DNA from: Gracilinanus agilis
Taxonomy: Eukaryota
DNA: 64,000 bases
Assembly: GCF_016433145.1 (NCBI RefSeq)
Contig: NC_058135.1
Location: 91,342,699-91,406,698 of the forward strand
Reading direction: 5' to 3'
The notes under the pieces are model-generated. The model worked only from the letters and a program-made list of their open reading frames with translations. It made no database searches and was not told the DNA's origin. Each line of letters begins with the position of its first letter. Position 1 is the first letter of the stretch. Shown in pieces: positions 26,817 through 38,890 of this stretch. A program made the translations under genes and the position numbers.

Positions 26817-27586
26817 TGTGAGAGAAATTTTGGAAAGAGAGACAAGATTGCAAGAGGAACATGGAATGTAACAGGAGAGACAGCAGAAAACTTGATTAGA
26901 ATCTTCATGGGGGAGAGAATGCTGGGTATCTAACTGGCAATTGGGGAGTTGGTTGGAGACTGGAGCCAAAACCATCTCCAAGATCCAGCTCTGACCTCCT
27001 GTGACTCTCTAACTGATTCCAGTGAGAGATTCTGCTAAATTCTGAAGATTGTTCAAGTATTTACTCTGCTGAAGCTATAAGAAGACCAAACCAAAGAGGG
27101 AGTTGATTGAACTGCTAAGTTTGCCTTGGGGAGGCTTTTGCTTTTCTGAGGTAGACTGGAATCATTCCTGACACCTGACTTCATCTTTATTTCAATCTAT
27201 ATTCTAGAAACTTGTTCCTGAGTGAGTTTTAGCCTAGAATTAGATAGGCAGAAGGAGTTTTTTTAGGCAGAGTGTAATCAGAGCAGCCTTGGCTTTGTTG
27301 AGGGATGAAGAGATTTTTAAATCAAAGTCAGATTGGTAGGCCATAAGGTAGAGACATTAGTGATAGGGAATCACCCCAAACCTACTCTCCTAACCTCATC
27401 TTCTGTCACAATGTTAATAAACCTTGTTAGTAAAAGAAGCAATCATATCACTTTTGTACTGGCTAGGGACAGAGAGTGCTGCCATCTTTGCTCTCTGTTT
27501 TTGAAGAGACCTCCCTGTCAGGCTGGGTCTGTCAAATCCCAGCGGCTCGTCTATACCATCATACAGGGTCTCTCTTCATCTTAACA
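26817..27586. mobile_element. Solo LTR (770 bp) inserted in the RTE
   Basis: tgtgag...ttaaca termini. 4-bp TSD attg at 26813-26816 and 27587-27590. AATAAA on + at 27416 and on - at 27186, so orientation is unresolved. Confidence 0.85.
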
Positions 27587-27850
27587 ATTGGAAGATCAAA
27601 CACTGAAACTGAAGTTTAAATTATCTGGCCACATAATCAGAAGACAGGACTCATTGGAAAACACCCTGAGGTTGGGAAAGATCAAAATCAAAAGGCAAAG
27701 GGGATAGAAGAGGCTGAGATGAGTTGATAGTGTCATGGAAACATTGAACATGAATTTGAACAGACTTTGCGAGATAGTGGAGGACAGAAGAATCACATAG
27801 TGACCATAGGGTCACAAAGAGTTGGACATAATTGAATGCCTGATAATAAT
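27587..27850 (+). mobile_element. RTE LINE, piece 3 (3' end)
   Basis: gactcattggaaaacaccctgaggttgggaaagat...gggtcacaaagagttggaca, ending in a short microsatellite-like tail. Confidence 0.88.
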
Positions 27851-28630
27851 AAATTATTTTAGCAACTTCCGAGAGCAGAGAGAATACTTTCACTGGAGTT
27901 TCCCTTGGCATCAAATATGTCAGTGATACTCAAGAAACCAAACAGCTAGTAGCATTTGAAAGGATACTACTACCATAGAAGGGGTAGTGAATAGATAGGA
28001 AGAAAGTCAAGCCAGAGAGAGGAGAAAGTAGGCACCCACAAGTGAGGGATTTGGAAGTAGAATAAGTGACTGACAGCTCTGCCTGCCTTCTTTCTCAACA
28101 GCCCAGGCACTATCACATAAGCATAACATCAAGAATAGAATACATCCAACTGTAGAATTATTCTATATAAATTTAGATTTGGATAATCCTTCTATCTTTG
28201 ACTAATGCAGTTGTCAGGACTATCTGAGAAATGCCATGTCATTAAGGCAGAAAGTCCAGTGAAAAGGGAAAAACATAGCTTGAATTTTTCTAGAACCAGA
28301 GCTCCATTTCTCTCCTCTAGAAATATGAAATCTCTTAGAAAGTTATATGCTGTCAGGTTTAATACAGCCCACTTGCCCCTCTCACCCACCCCCAGGCACC
28401 ACACATGACCCAAAACACTTCACATGCTACGACCAGATGTCCTGTTTTGTTACGGTCTTTCTGTTTAACAGGACTAGAGAGAGAGAGAGAGACAGACCCC
28501 ACTAGAAAACTGTTGGAATAACAGTTCACTATTTATAATCATTACAAGAAAAATGCTCCTCTCCATCATTTGACATGGTGATATTTTAATTACACACTCT
28601 GGAGCATGTAACAATACTAATATTTTTTAA

Positions 28631-28855
28631 AATAATAATTACTAGCATTTATATAATACTTTAAGATTTTCAAAATGCTCTACAAACATTACCTCATTTT
28701 ATCCTCACAACAAGCCTGGGCTATTATTATCCCCATTTTACAAGTGAAGAAACTGAGGCAGACAAAGATTAAATTATTTGTTCAGAGTCTCAGAGTTAGT
28801 AAGACTTGATTTGAACTCAGATGTTTCTCACTCCAGGTCTAGGGCTCCATACACT
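28631..28855 (-). mobile_element. MIR-type SINE
   Basis: actagcatttatata...ccccattttacaagtgaagaaactgaggc. Confidence 0.78.
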
Positions 28856-29146
28856 TGCCTTTGAGCTATAAGTGAAGCAGTTGCATATACATAAGATTAG
28901 CATAGCTTATATGGGCAGAGAAGCAAGGCACAAGCTTCTAATTAAAACAATCTCTCACTATTCTTAATTTGTAATATTCATTTTATCTCATTCCTCTAAA
29001 CTTTAGATCTCAGTAGTCTATAAATTAATCTTAAATTGTGACTATCATAAAAAAGAAAATGACAGCAGATTCCAACTCTACTTCTAATACGAGGGGAAGC
29101 TGTTTTAAATAAACCGTATTTTTGTACACATATTTACTTGTATGGA

Positions 29147-29400
29147 AAGGCAGTGGGATGTAGTGAATAGAGAGACCTGGCCACAAAGCCAAGAAAAGCA
29201 GAGAGAATTTCTCTTGCTTCTGGCACATAGTGGCTGAGTGGCCCTTGCTGGACAAGTCAATGAACTTCTCAATGCTAGTGTAGGTCATTTTTAAGGACTA
29301 CAAATTGCAGACCTACAAAGGTAGAAAGAGTTCCCCCTACCAAGAGAAGGGATGACCATACGTGTACCCCCGCCCAGTGAAATCCCAATCCACTCTCTTA
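29147..29400 (+). mobile_element. Marsupial CORE-SINE (MAR1/WALLSI-like)
   Basis: tRNA-like head aggcagtgggatgtagtgaataga, CORE ggacaagtca, 3' part with ccagtgaaatc. Confidence 0.55.
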
Positions 29401-29970
29401 TTCCCGCCTCTACATACATTACATCAGCCCTGTCCATAGCTGCAAATTTGAATTCTTATTAGTAACTTTTAATGAATTGTAACATTATTGCAGAAGAAGT
29501 GCATTTAAAAATTTTGCATAGAAAGAATGTATCATACAGTACCCCACCACCACATGTTAAGCATCTTATAATTCAGACCAGATCCAGCCTAAGGACATTC
29601 TGAGTGAACATTCATAAGTTAGATTTACTTGGTCATTTGCTGACTCATTGTTCAAAATCTAAAAACAAATTGTTGGAATTGTTTAAATTTCAAATAAATA
29701 CTTCAAAGCATCATGACCAGTAAGCCAGGAATGTGATTATTTGTGTTTTGCCTCTCCCAAATCATCCAGACATGGAGGATTTCCTGTTTCTCTCACTGGC
29801 ATCTTGATTTTCATTTAGATCGAAAGAGAAACAATGTTCATCCCTCTTTCACCTTGATCCTCCTCTGATTTCATTTGTGAAGAAAATGGGTATTTTGGAG
29901 GAGTAGAATAAAGGACAAAGTGAATGTTCTAAGGTACCAAAACAGGGCTAGTTAAAATTTGCTCATCCCT

Positions 29971-30854
29971 AGGCAATTTGGAATTATGCCCAAAGGGCTT
30001 TAAAAGAATGCATGTCATTGCTCTACTTCAAATATGAATAACATGGAAATTGGTTTTGAACAATGATATATGGATAACCCAGTGGAACTGCTTGTCAGCT
30101 CTGGGAGTCGGGAGGGAAGAAAAGAGGGGGAAAGCAGGAATCATATAACCATGGGAAAATATTCTAAATTTTTAAAAAAAGAAAAAAAAAAAAGAAAGAA
30201 TGCATGTCTTTGGATCCAGCAATACCACTACTGGGTTTGTATCCCAAAAAGATTTTTTAAAATGGGAAAGGTTCTGTTTGCACAAAAATATTTATAGTTG
30301 CACTTTTTGTGGTGGCAAAAAATTGGAAAATGAAGGGGTGTCTCAATTGGGGATTGGCTGAACGGATCGTGATATAAGATGATGATGGAATACTGTTGTG
30401 TTAAAGGAAGATGAACTGCTTGATTTCTATAAGAAATGGAAACACCTACATGAACTGATATGGAGTGAAATAAGCAGAACTAGGAGAACATTATACACAG
30501 TAACTGAGCATTGTGGGATGATCGAATGTGATTGACTTTGCTACTAGCAGCAATGCAATGATCCAGGACAATTCTGTGGAACTTATGAGAAAGAACACTA
30601 TCCATATCTGGAGAAAGAACTATAGGAGTAGAAATCCAGAAGAAAACATCTGATTTATCACTTGTTTATAAGGGTATATGATTTGGGTTTTGGTTTTAAA
30701 AGATTACTCTGTTACAAAAATGAATAATATGGAAATAGGATTTGAGCGATGATATATGTATAACCCAATGAAATTGATTGTCAGCTCCAGAAGGGGGGAG
30801 GGGAAGAGGGGAAGGAGACAACAAGAATCATGTAACCATAGAAAAAAATTTTTT
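29971..30854 (+). mobile_element. 5'-truncated L1 3' end
   Basis: TSD taaaatttgctcatccct at 29953-29970 and 30855-30872. Contains ORF2 C-terminal and 3' UTR text. Confidence 0.9.
30017..30194 (+). mobile_element. Short L1 3' tail nested inside the previous L1
   Basis: TSD aaagaatgcatgtc at 30003-30016 and 30195-30208, with a poly(A) tail. Confidence 0.88.
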
Positions 30855-31059
30855 TAAAATTTGCTCATCCCTTAGAAATGGGCTGGAAAGCTTGAGAATA
30901 TCTGGGGAGAGGTACAGCTATATTTCAGGTTTAAAAAGTTAAAAGAATCAGAAAAGACAATTTCTTCCCTTTCTCTATTTTGCAGAAAATCTATTATGTC
31001 AGGAATAAACTAAAACTGCTGTCTAGCATTGTATTTGATCTTTTCAACAGAAAAAAAAC

Positions 31060-31175
31060 TTTCAGCAAAGTGGTAGGACTCAGTCTGCTTGGCAAGGCCT
31101 CTTCCAAGGGTTCCAACTGCCATCAAAATTGAAGAAAAAGACTTCTGAATTCATTGCTCTCATGTAAAACCATTA
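31060..31175 (+). pseudogene. ERV pol (integrase C-terminal) remnant
   Basis: Reads PTAIKIEEK then, after a frameshift, *IHCSHVK, matching the integrase tail pattern PTA(V/I)K...WIH.SHVK. Confidence 0.65.
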
Positions 31176-31329
31176 CCATCTATTGACACTGATTTACTAT
31201 ATCTCTTGGCTTTTGTTGTACGTTATTGCCTTTTTGTCTTTGGTTTAATTTTTCTTTTTCTCTTTTATGATTAGGGATTTAAAAGTAACCCTAATTTGAA
31301 GAAATGCTACCCTCATTTGGTACTATTTT

Positions 31330-32760
31330 GGTCTCAGCATTGTCATATTGCATTTTCCTCTGTTGTTCCCTCTTGTGATGACTAGATTAAGGATAATGCT
31401 ATTTGTTAGGTTCCACAGCCAATTAGGACATACTTTACACCAAGGTAAGACCATTGGAACTTATGAATTCTGGGTCTGTCACCAGCTCCATCGGAGCTTT
31501 GTTTTATCATGGGCAACAATTCCAGTCTATATGAATGAGACTTAGCCACAACTTGGGTCATATATAGCCAAACAAGCCATTTGCCCTACTGCTTTTGTCC
31601 TATGCACATCCATGGTGACAGCTGGAACCCATTTATCTGGCCACAGCCTCTATCATTGGTCTTTATGAGATTCACAGATTTTCAAATCTTAGTTGGTTTT
31701 AGCATGTCCTCCAAAGTAATTTTCAGCTATACGGGGACCCTATTTCCACTGACTGATCATTTACCCACCATTTACTTGTGTGTGTTAAGAGAGATAAGGG
31801 ACTATTGGATAACAGATATACGGGTCACAATGTGAAGTGCAACCTCACTATTCCATTCTCTACCACACCATTTATTTGTGCTAAGACACATCTCAATAGG
31901 ATAAAGAACAGGTCATAGAAACGCATATCCTTTGCAATTGTTACTGCCTCATCACAGTTGAAGACAGATTTCACCATGAGATTTGGTGACCCCTGGGCAA
32001 TTCTATTGTCTGTTACTCCTCAGCTTACTCCTTCCTTCCCCAAGGGTGATATGGGACTTGTGCTAATGCACTATGAAACTCCACCAATATAGGTGCATAA
32101 CCGTTTTATTGGCTGGGTAGACAAGCCTATGGCTAGGAGTCTGGGAACTTGGTGGCATAAATAGGGCAAAAGATCTTGGTCTGATTCAGTAGCCATAAAT
32201 TTAGTTCTTTTTTTTTTTTTTTTAATTTTTAACCTTTACTTTTAACCTTTAATTTTTAACCTTTACACCACTTCCTCTGCAACACAGAGATTTTTCGGGG
32301 CTGCTATGCCCACTTTGGGGATGATGGCACTAGTAGATTCTATTGAATTGAGAAATTAGCTCAGGTTCAGTTCACACCATCTCCCGAACTTCTAAAGCTA
32401 GGAGGAGACTGATTCCTTGGCAAAGACAGTCATACAAAATTGGCTAGTCCTCGATATGCTTATGGTGGCTTCGAGAGGTGCCTACGCTCTTATTAATCAA
32501 TTTTGTTGTTCTTACATAAATAAGTCAGGGGGAATTGTTACAAACATCCATGAACTTCAAAGAATTTTGAATGACACTCAGCAAATCACAATAGTGACCC
32601 ATGTGGCATCTCATGGTGCATGGTGGAACCTCTTGTGGCTACAGGACACAAGCTTATTAGCAACTATGAACAAATGAGTCTTTTTAATTTTAGGAATTAT
32701 TATCCTTTTTAGACTCTGCCTTACTTGTATTAAAAGTCTACACCAAATTTTAACCAAACG
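31330..32760 (+). pseudogene. Decayed ERV env (SU and TM)
   Basis: SU FVRFHSQLGHTL...WVCHQL (W at 31471) and FYWLGRQAY. Fusion peptide RFFGAAMPTLG at 32288. In the same frame, past stops at 32357, 32393 and 32399: EETDSLAKTVIQNWLVLDML...INQFCCSYINKSG (ISD and CX6CC region). Confidence 0.85.
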
Positions 32761-33769
32761 AAAAACTTATATATATGCATACTGAGATTCATGGCTAGGG
32801 TTTTAATTTTTAAGAAATCAAACTTTCTTTGCAATACATATTTTTAATTGTTATATTATTAAATGGGATTTGAGAAATGATTCTTCTTTTGATTTTTTCC
32901 CCTTTTCTTCTCTTTGGTTAGTTTTAAGTATGATTTTTAACTTAAGTTTATGGATTTATACCTGATATTTGGTATTGAAGGATCAATTTGCAGTGTTTAA
33001 GAGCCCTGACAACATTGCATACTTGGACTCTTGAAACTTGCCATTGGTGATTACATCATGGGACTATAACTCATGTCTGATTCTGATTCCAGGTAAACTA
33101 CAAAGAGAGTGCTCAAAAGCCAATGATCACAGATATCAGCAATCCCAGTGGGGGTGATACACGTCAGTGCCAGTGTGGAATGGGGTGTTTCACAGAAGGG
33201 TTGGAAGAGTGACTGACTATTCAGCAAAGACTCTGAGGTAGGACTCTTCTGGCTCAATCTGGGAGGACATTGGGAATATTCTCATTTAGCTCTGACTTGG
33301 CTTGCTATCTTTATAGCTCTTGAATAGAGTAGAAATCAGACTACGGGGTCACATTGCCCTTTTTGTCATACTTGTGTCTCTCTTTTTTTCTTTGGTATGA
33401 CAACTTTTTTTAGTCATGATAGATGGTGGGTAACTGCATTATTGTTTCACCTGACCTATATGCTTGTAGGATATAAGCTTCCTACACTAGACCTTGGATA
33501 AGTATCAGGAACTAGTTATAATTTATTCATTCATCTATATTTTTTCTTTTATCAGGGAAGTTGATTCATTTATTATTTAAGTGGCTTATTATTAAGTATT
33601 ATTATTAAGAATGTGTTAACATTCTTAAATGATTAACCTTGCCAACCAAGTCTATTATTATTGTAAAGGAATATATGCCATGTTGGAGCATTATTTTGTG
33701 TTACCATCAGTGTGTGTCTATGTAGGGTAAGGAGCTGGGCAATATCTCATCCTTCTGGGGGGGGGGGTT

Positions 33770-34808
33770 TGTGAAATTATCCTAAAGATCCATAGACTTA
33801 AGATTTTTCAAAAAGCAATTTTAGGGGGCAGCTGGGTAGCTCAGTGGATTGAGAGCCAAGCCTAGAGACGGGAGGTCCTAGGTTCAAATCTGGCCTCAGA
33901 CACTTCCCAGTTGTGTGACCCTGGGCAAGTCACTTGACCCCCATTGCCCACCCTTACCACTCTTCTGCCTTGGAGCCCATACACAGTATTGACTCCAAGA
34001 CGGAAGGTAAGGGTTTAAAAAAAAAAAAAAAGCAATTTTAGGGAAAAGTATCACCAATAACCTGTATAGGAAATAAGTAAGGGATAGAGTAAATTTCATG
34101 GATTAGCTTTAAGAGGAAAAGAGGAAAATTTGGATACAAGCCCTGGGAGAGGATTCTCACAAGGAGAAAAGGACTATAGGAGTTTTTACTGGCATTATCG
34201 GTAATTCTCTCTCCTGATTCCACTCAGCTGGAAGGAGGTTTTGTTTGGGCAATTTTCCCTTAGTAGTCCTAATCTTGTGGAGAGATTAGTGATTCCTTGG
34301 TTGAGAAGTTTGCCTTAGAGTGGACTGCTTTTTCCCTGAAGTACAAAGACTATCTGCCTGTGATCCATCTGCCAGAAATCCAATTGGCCAAGGTAATCCC
34401 AAGAGTTTGTCACCTGAGACTTTGGGTTATCCAGGGAAGTCAACCCCAGGCTTCAGTTAAGGGCTCAAATACACCTGTGAGTTCTTCTTTCCTCTTTGTC
34501 CTTTTATTAATCCATATTAATTAGGTTAGTTTATAGTCAGATAGCTTTTGGGGTCTTAGGTAAGAGCAGGGAGATATAGGAAGGGCTTGAGAAGATCAGA
34601 AGAGCAAACCCCGTGAGGGGGAGCATTGATTGGTGGGAGGAGCTATAGCTTTAGCTATAGATTTAGATTTAGATCTGTATTTATCATTTCCCTACCCTTA
34701 ATAAACTTATTTTTTAAATAATTCCAAGGGTTGTGCTTTATTGGCTTAGATAGTTCCCTAGGTGGGTGGTTATCATCTCCCATCCATCTAGGAAGGATTC
34801 TTATTTCA
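33770..34808 (+). mobile_element. Probable 3' LTR of a provirus, interrupted by a SINE
   Basis: An 11-G run at 33757-33767 (PPT-like) precedes tgtgaaat. The end ttatttca is its inverted complement. AATAAA at 34700. No TSD, as expected for a non-solo LTR. Confidence 0.65.
33826..34030 (+). mobile_element. SINE1_Mdo-type SINE inserted in the LTR
   Basis: Complete element. TSD aaaaagcaattttagg. Confidence 0.93.
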
Positions 34809-35109
34809 CCTGAACCAGGAAAGCAGATCTTCCAGAGAAAATGTCGTGATGACTATCATGATTCCAAATGGATTAAAAAGATGACAGCAATAGATGTTCC
34901 CAGAAATTAGACACCACATCATGAGACTCTGAGTGAGCCTTTGGATATAATGAACTGAACCCCTGGGGCCGAGTCCTCCATCCACTTCTGTCCTTCTGTC
35001 CTCCATGTGCTGATACTTTAGTTGGATTGTAAAACTCTTGTGCCAGAAAAGGAGGCAACCTCAGAGAATGGTCTATTATGAAACTTTCCTTTTAAAAATA
35101 AAAAAGGGT

Positions 35110-35250
35110 GGCCTCAGATACTTCCTAGCTGTGTGACCCTGGGCGAGTCACTTGACCCCCATTGCCTAGCCCTTACCCCTCTTCTGCCTTGGAATCAATA
35201 TGTAGTATTGATTCTAAGATGGAAGGTACGGGTTTAACAAAAAATAAAAA
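35110..35250 (+). mobile_element. 5'-truncated SINE1_Mdo-type SINE
   Basis: CORE and tail only, followed by an A-rich tail. Confidence 0.85.
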
Positions 35251-35487
35251 TAAAAATGAAAATGAAAAAGGGGCACAGATTGGTGTTAAATTCTCACACT
35301 CTCCCCTCTGTTTCATTGGGAGACATATTAGTCTCCCCAGTGAATCATTCCATATATATAATATCTATACATTTCAGGATTCTCTCACCAGGATACTCAA
35401 GAGCCCAAGCATATTATACATTTCATGGTGGGTCTAACTACATTTGGGTGTTTCTTAGCACATTAAAAATGACTGGTAGGCACAGTT

Positions 35488-35958
35488 TGTAATAGATCAT
35501 TCTCTGAGGTTGCACTTTAGCTCCAAACTTTGATTGAATTAAGAACAAAGGCTGGGACTTCTCTGAGTAAAGGGGAACCCATGCACACTCTGGGAGGACA
35601 CCAGAATCCTAGTGGCTCCCTGGTACCCAGAAAGGCCTCTGGCCTCCAGGAAACTGGCCTCTGACCTGGACTGTGGTCAAGTCTGCCAAATCAGATGACT
35701 CAGAAAAGGGAAGTTACAAAATGTATGAGTCTGGATCAGTAAAGGAAATCTTTAGGCCCTGGAGTCATGGTGTAAAGATGCATGTCTACGGGGAGATTTG
35801 CAATGAATTCAGGGAAGACAGCTGGATGACAAGGTTTGTGAAGGGAATAGCCAGCCACATGTGGTTGGTGCCTTTCCTTTCTCTGACCTGCTCTTTTGAT
35901 TTATTTAATAAATAATTATAAGTTAAGATATAGTCTCCAAAGACTTTTAATCTTAACA
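35488..35958 (+). mobile_element. Probable solo LTR (~470 bp)
   Basis: tgtaat...ttaaca termini, AATAAA at 35907. TSD degenerate (cagtt / ccatt). Confidence 0.55.
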
Positions 35959-37754
35959 CCATTAAAAATGATTAGGGGGATGAGGGGTTAGGGGAGAGAA
36001 GGGCAGGATGGCAGGTTTAATTATAAGAGAACTGACATATAGAAATGTATTTACTATGATTGACATTATAGTTATATATTTATATATTAGAATATAATTA
36101 TATTATAGAATATATTACTTTGGTTCTTAGTATGCATGCTCCTTGAGTTAGTTCAATTTCCAGTCATTTTGTCTATTGTTTTGTGCTACTGTTGTGAGAT
36201 CACTGGAGGTAGGCAGTTCTCTGATAAACATATCTCTCAGCCACCTTCATAATGTGCCTGGCATAAATTTAGTGCTATAAGCAATTATCTAAGATTCTAA
36301 ATTAGAGAGAATGCTAATCTGCAGAGGTATAAGAAGTTTCCTTAACTAGGAATTCCCTGTTTCAATGAAATTATGGGCCAGTCCTGATTTCTATATTAAT
36401 CTGATTCTTTCTATATGTATTTTTATTCCTCATATTTATAAAGTCAAATTATATTATATTATTCTTTTATGTTACTATAACCCATTTTATTTAATCCTTC
36501 CCCTATTATAAGATAGTTAGATTACTTCTAGTGTCTTGCAATTATAAAAAATTCAGAATAGATAACTAAATAGATAACTTTCGTTTGTGTCTTGATAATG
36601 CTTTCAAGGCATATTTCCAATGATGAAATTATTGGGTCAAGGGATATCATGGTTATGGAACTTTTCATATGTATTGCTAGGTTGTTTACTATGAATGTTT
36701 ATCACAGGGTTGCAGTGTCACCAGCAATGTTCCCACAATTTCCGTGCAAAGTGCTGTACAGGGTAGAATGGCAAACAAATGTGTTGGAAAACAGAGTAAA
36801 AGATTAAGAAATGAAGAAGACTGTCAAATGCTAACATACATAACATAAATATATATTAATGAATATATTCTTCAGGAAACAGCCCAGGAAGTTCTGAACA
36901 GGTCTAGCACTAAAAACATCCCCCAAATTGAAACCGATTGTAACAGGGATCAAAATGGTTTCCAGTATGGGAATCATTGTTGAATCTGCTGTTTATGCAT
37001 AGTCAGACCCTAACCCTAAATTCATTACAATAAAAATCAAAACCAACCTTTTAGAAAAAAAGAACTAAAAAAGGAAAAAATATGGTTTGAAATTCAGAAA
37101 ATACCAGTTTAGTCAACAAACAATTGTGCTAAAAAAAAACTTATGGGTATGTGTGTGTGTGTTTGTGGAGATGCAGGAGGGGGTGGGAAGAATTAGTTAA
37201 AAGAGCAGACCAACACATAGAAAAATGGTCATTTCCCAAAGAAGCTTTAATCATTACAACAAGGAGACCTAAAAACCACTTCGGGCAGCAAACATGATCT
37301 CTTTGCCAAATAGAGCAACCCCAGTTTAAAGTATAAAATGTATCTATAAATTTTTACGTGGAGAAAAATGATGGAAAATTATCATCCCATAAAACATTGA
37401 AGGAAAAAGCAAGTTTACAAAAAAGCTCATTGAGAGACCCAGGTAAGCCAAACCACCTATGAAATTGGAGGTAGGATGACAAAGAGATTAAAATGGAAAT
37501 ACAGTAGGACCTCATTTTATGCAAACTCAACTCATGGAAATTCAATTATATGCGATTGGCAGTTGAAAAAAATAGACAGAAATACATAAAATAAAAAATG
37601 TTAATTGTGTGCTAAATCCACATCGTTTTCCCAAGCAGCATAAAGTCTCACAGCAATTTACCCAATCACACTCATTCTTGCTCTGAGAAGCATTAGTATG
37701 AATCATTACATTGGTTTGCACTAAACATTAGCTCTTTCTGTCCTAGTAACTACT

Positions 37755-37899
37755 CTAAGACAGAAGGGCAAAGGCTAGGCAGATGGGTTAAGTGACTTGT
37801 CCAGGGCCACATAGCTAGGAAGAGTTTGAAGCCACATTTGATTCCACATCCTCCCAACTCCAGTCCTGGTGCTCTATCCACTGTGCCACTTAGCTACCC
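37755..37899 (-). mobile_element. MAR1/MIR-type CORE-SINE
   Basis: gggttaagtgacttgtccagggccacatagctagg...ctatccactgtgccacttagctaccc. Confidence 0.75.
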
Positions 37900-38149
37900 A
37901 TCAGCATCAGTCTTCAGCTGGAGTTCTCACTAGTAACAAGTTGCGTCTATGTCAGAATAGTGCTGCTCTTTGTTTAGTTAATGCTATTTATTTATTAATG
38001 TTGGTCCCAAAGTAGTGATGCTGGTAGCTCTGATAAACCTAAGAAAAGTTGGAAAGTGTCTAAGTATATTTGTGTAAGAAATACTTATTAAATAATGGGG
38101 GCTTGTGATATTATGCACAATTTCCAACTTCTATGCAGAGTCTTGGAAC

Positions 38150-38640
38150 TTATTGGTTACTATCAATTTTATTTCCAAACTGGCCCTTGAAGTCATCATT
38201 CAGGGAAACCACTCCTAAGGTCACAAAACCCTCAACTGTGACTCCTTTATAATAAGCAGGACAGGCAAGCCAGATGCCCTGAGAGAAGGCAGGAGGTAGC
38301 AGATAGGACAGGCAAAGCAGATGACTACCACCTTCTCTCCTTAAACCCCAAGAAAGACCACCTGGCAGGACCAGATACACCAAAGCCTTGGGATTGGAAA
38401 ATTTCAATCCTAATCCCGTTAGCCATCATCCTGGGAAGCAATACCTATGGAGGATTTAACCTTGGAATTAGCACTTTATGAGAAAGGTCCTAAGGCTGCT
38501 CTGCCCACTCCAGGAAGAAGCCCAAAAGATACCTGTGCTGAGTTGGAAGAAAAGAGAGTCAAAGAGTAAAGGTCTGTTGAGTCATTCATTGCCCAAATCC
38601 TTCAACAATAAAGTGTTTTTACCGAAGCGGCCAAGGTACA
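38150..38640 (+). mobile_element. Possible old solo LTR
   Basis: Non-SINE, non-LINE block ending ...caataaagtg...ggtaca with AATAAA at 38607. 5' terminus and TSD are unclear. Confidence 0.45.
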
Positions 38641-38668
38641 GAGTTAGCACTCCTTAGAGTGTATTCTT

Positions 38669-38890
38669 TTTTTTTTTTTTTTTTTTTATTATTTTTTTTT
38701 TAATTTTTTTTTTAAACCCTTAACTTCTGTGTATTGACTTATAGGTGGAAGAGTGGCAAGGGTAGGCAATGGGGGTCAAGTGACTTGCCCTGGGTCACAC
38801 AGCCGGGAAGTGTCCGAGGCCGGATTCGAACCCAGGACCTCCCATCTCTAGGCCTGGCTCTCAATCCACTGAGCTACCCAGCTGCCCCCA
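38669..38890 (-). mobile_element. Young SINE1_Mdo-type SINE
   Basis: Perfect TSD agagtgtattctt (38656-38668 and 38891-38903), long poly(T), CpGs retained (gccggg...tccgaggccggattcgaa). Confidence 0.95.

Noticed and set aside
26448-26933. 161-aa plus-strand ORF
   Set aside because: It is a chimera of antisense L1 5' UTR, RTE and LTR sequence across two junctions, with no coherent domain.
32288-32677. env TM as a domesticated syncytin-like gene
   Set aside because: Three in-frame stops between the fusion peptide and the ISD, the ISD Arg reads Trp, the first CX6CC Cys is lost, SU is frameshifted and no intact membrane anchor is evident.
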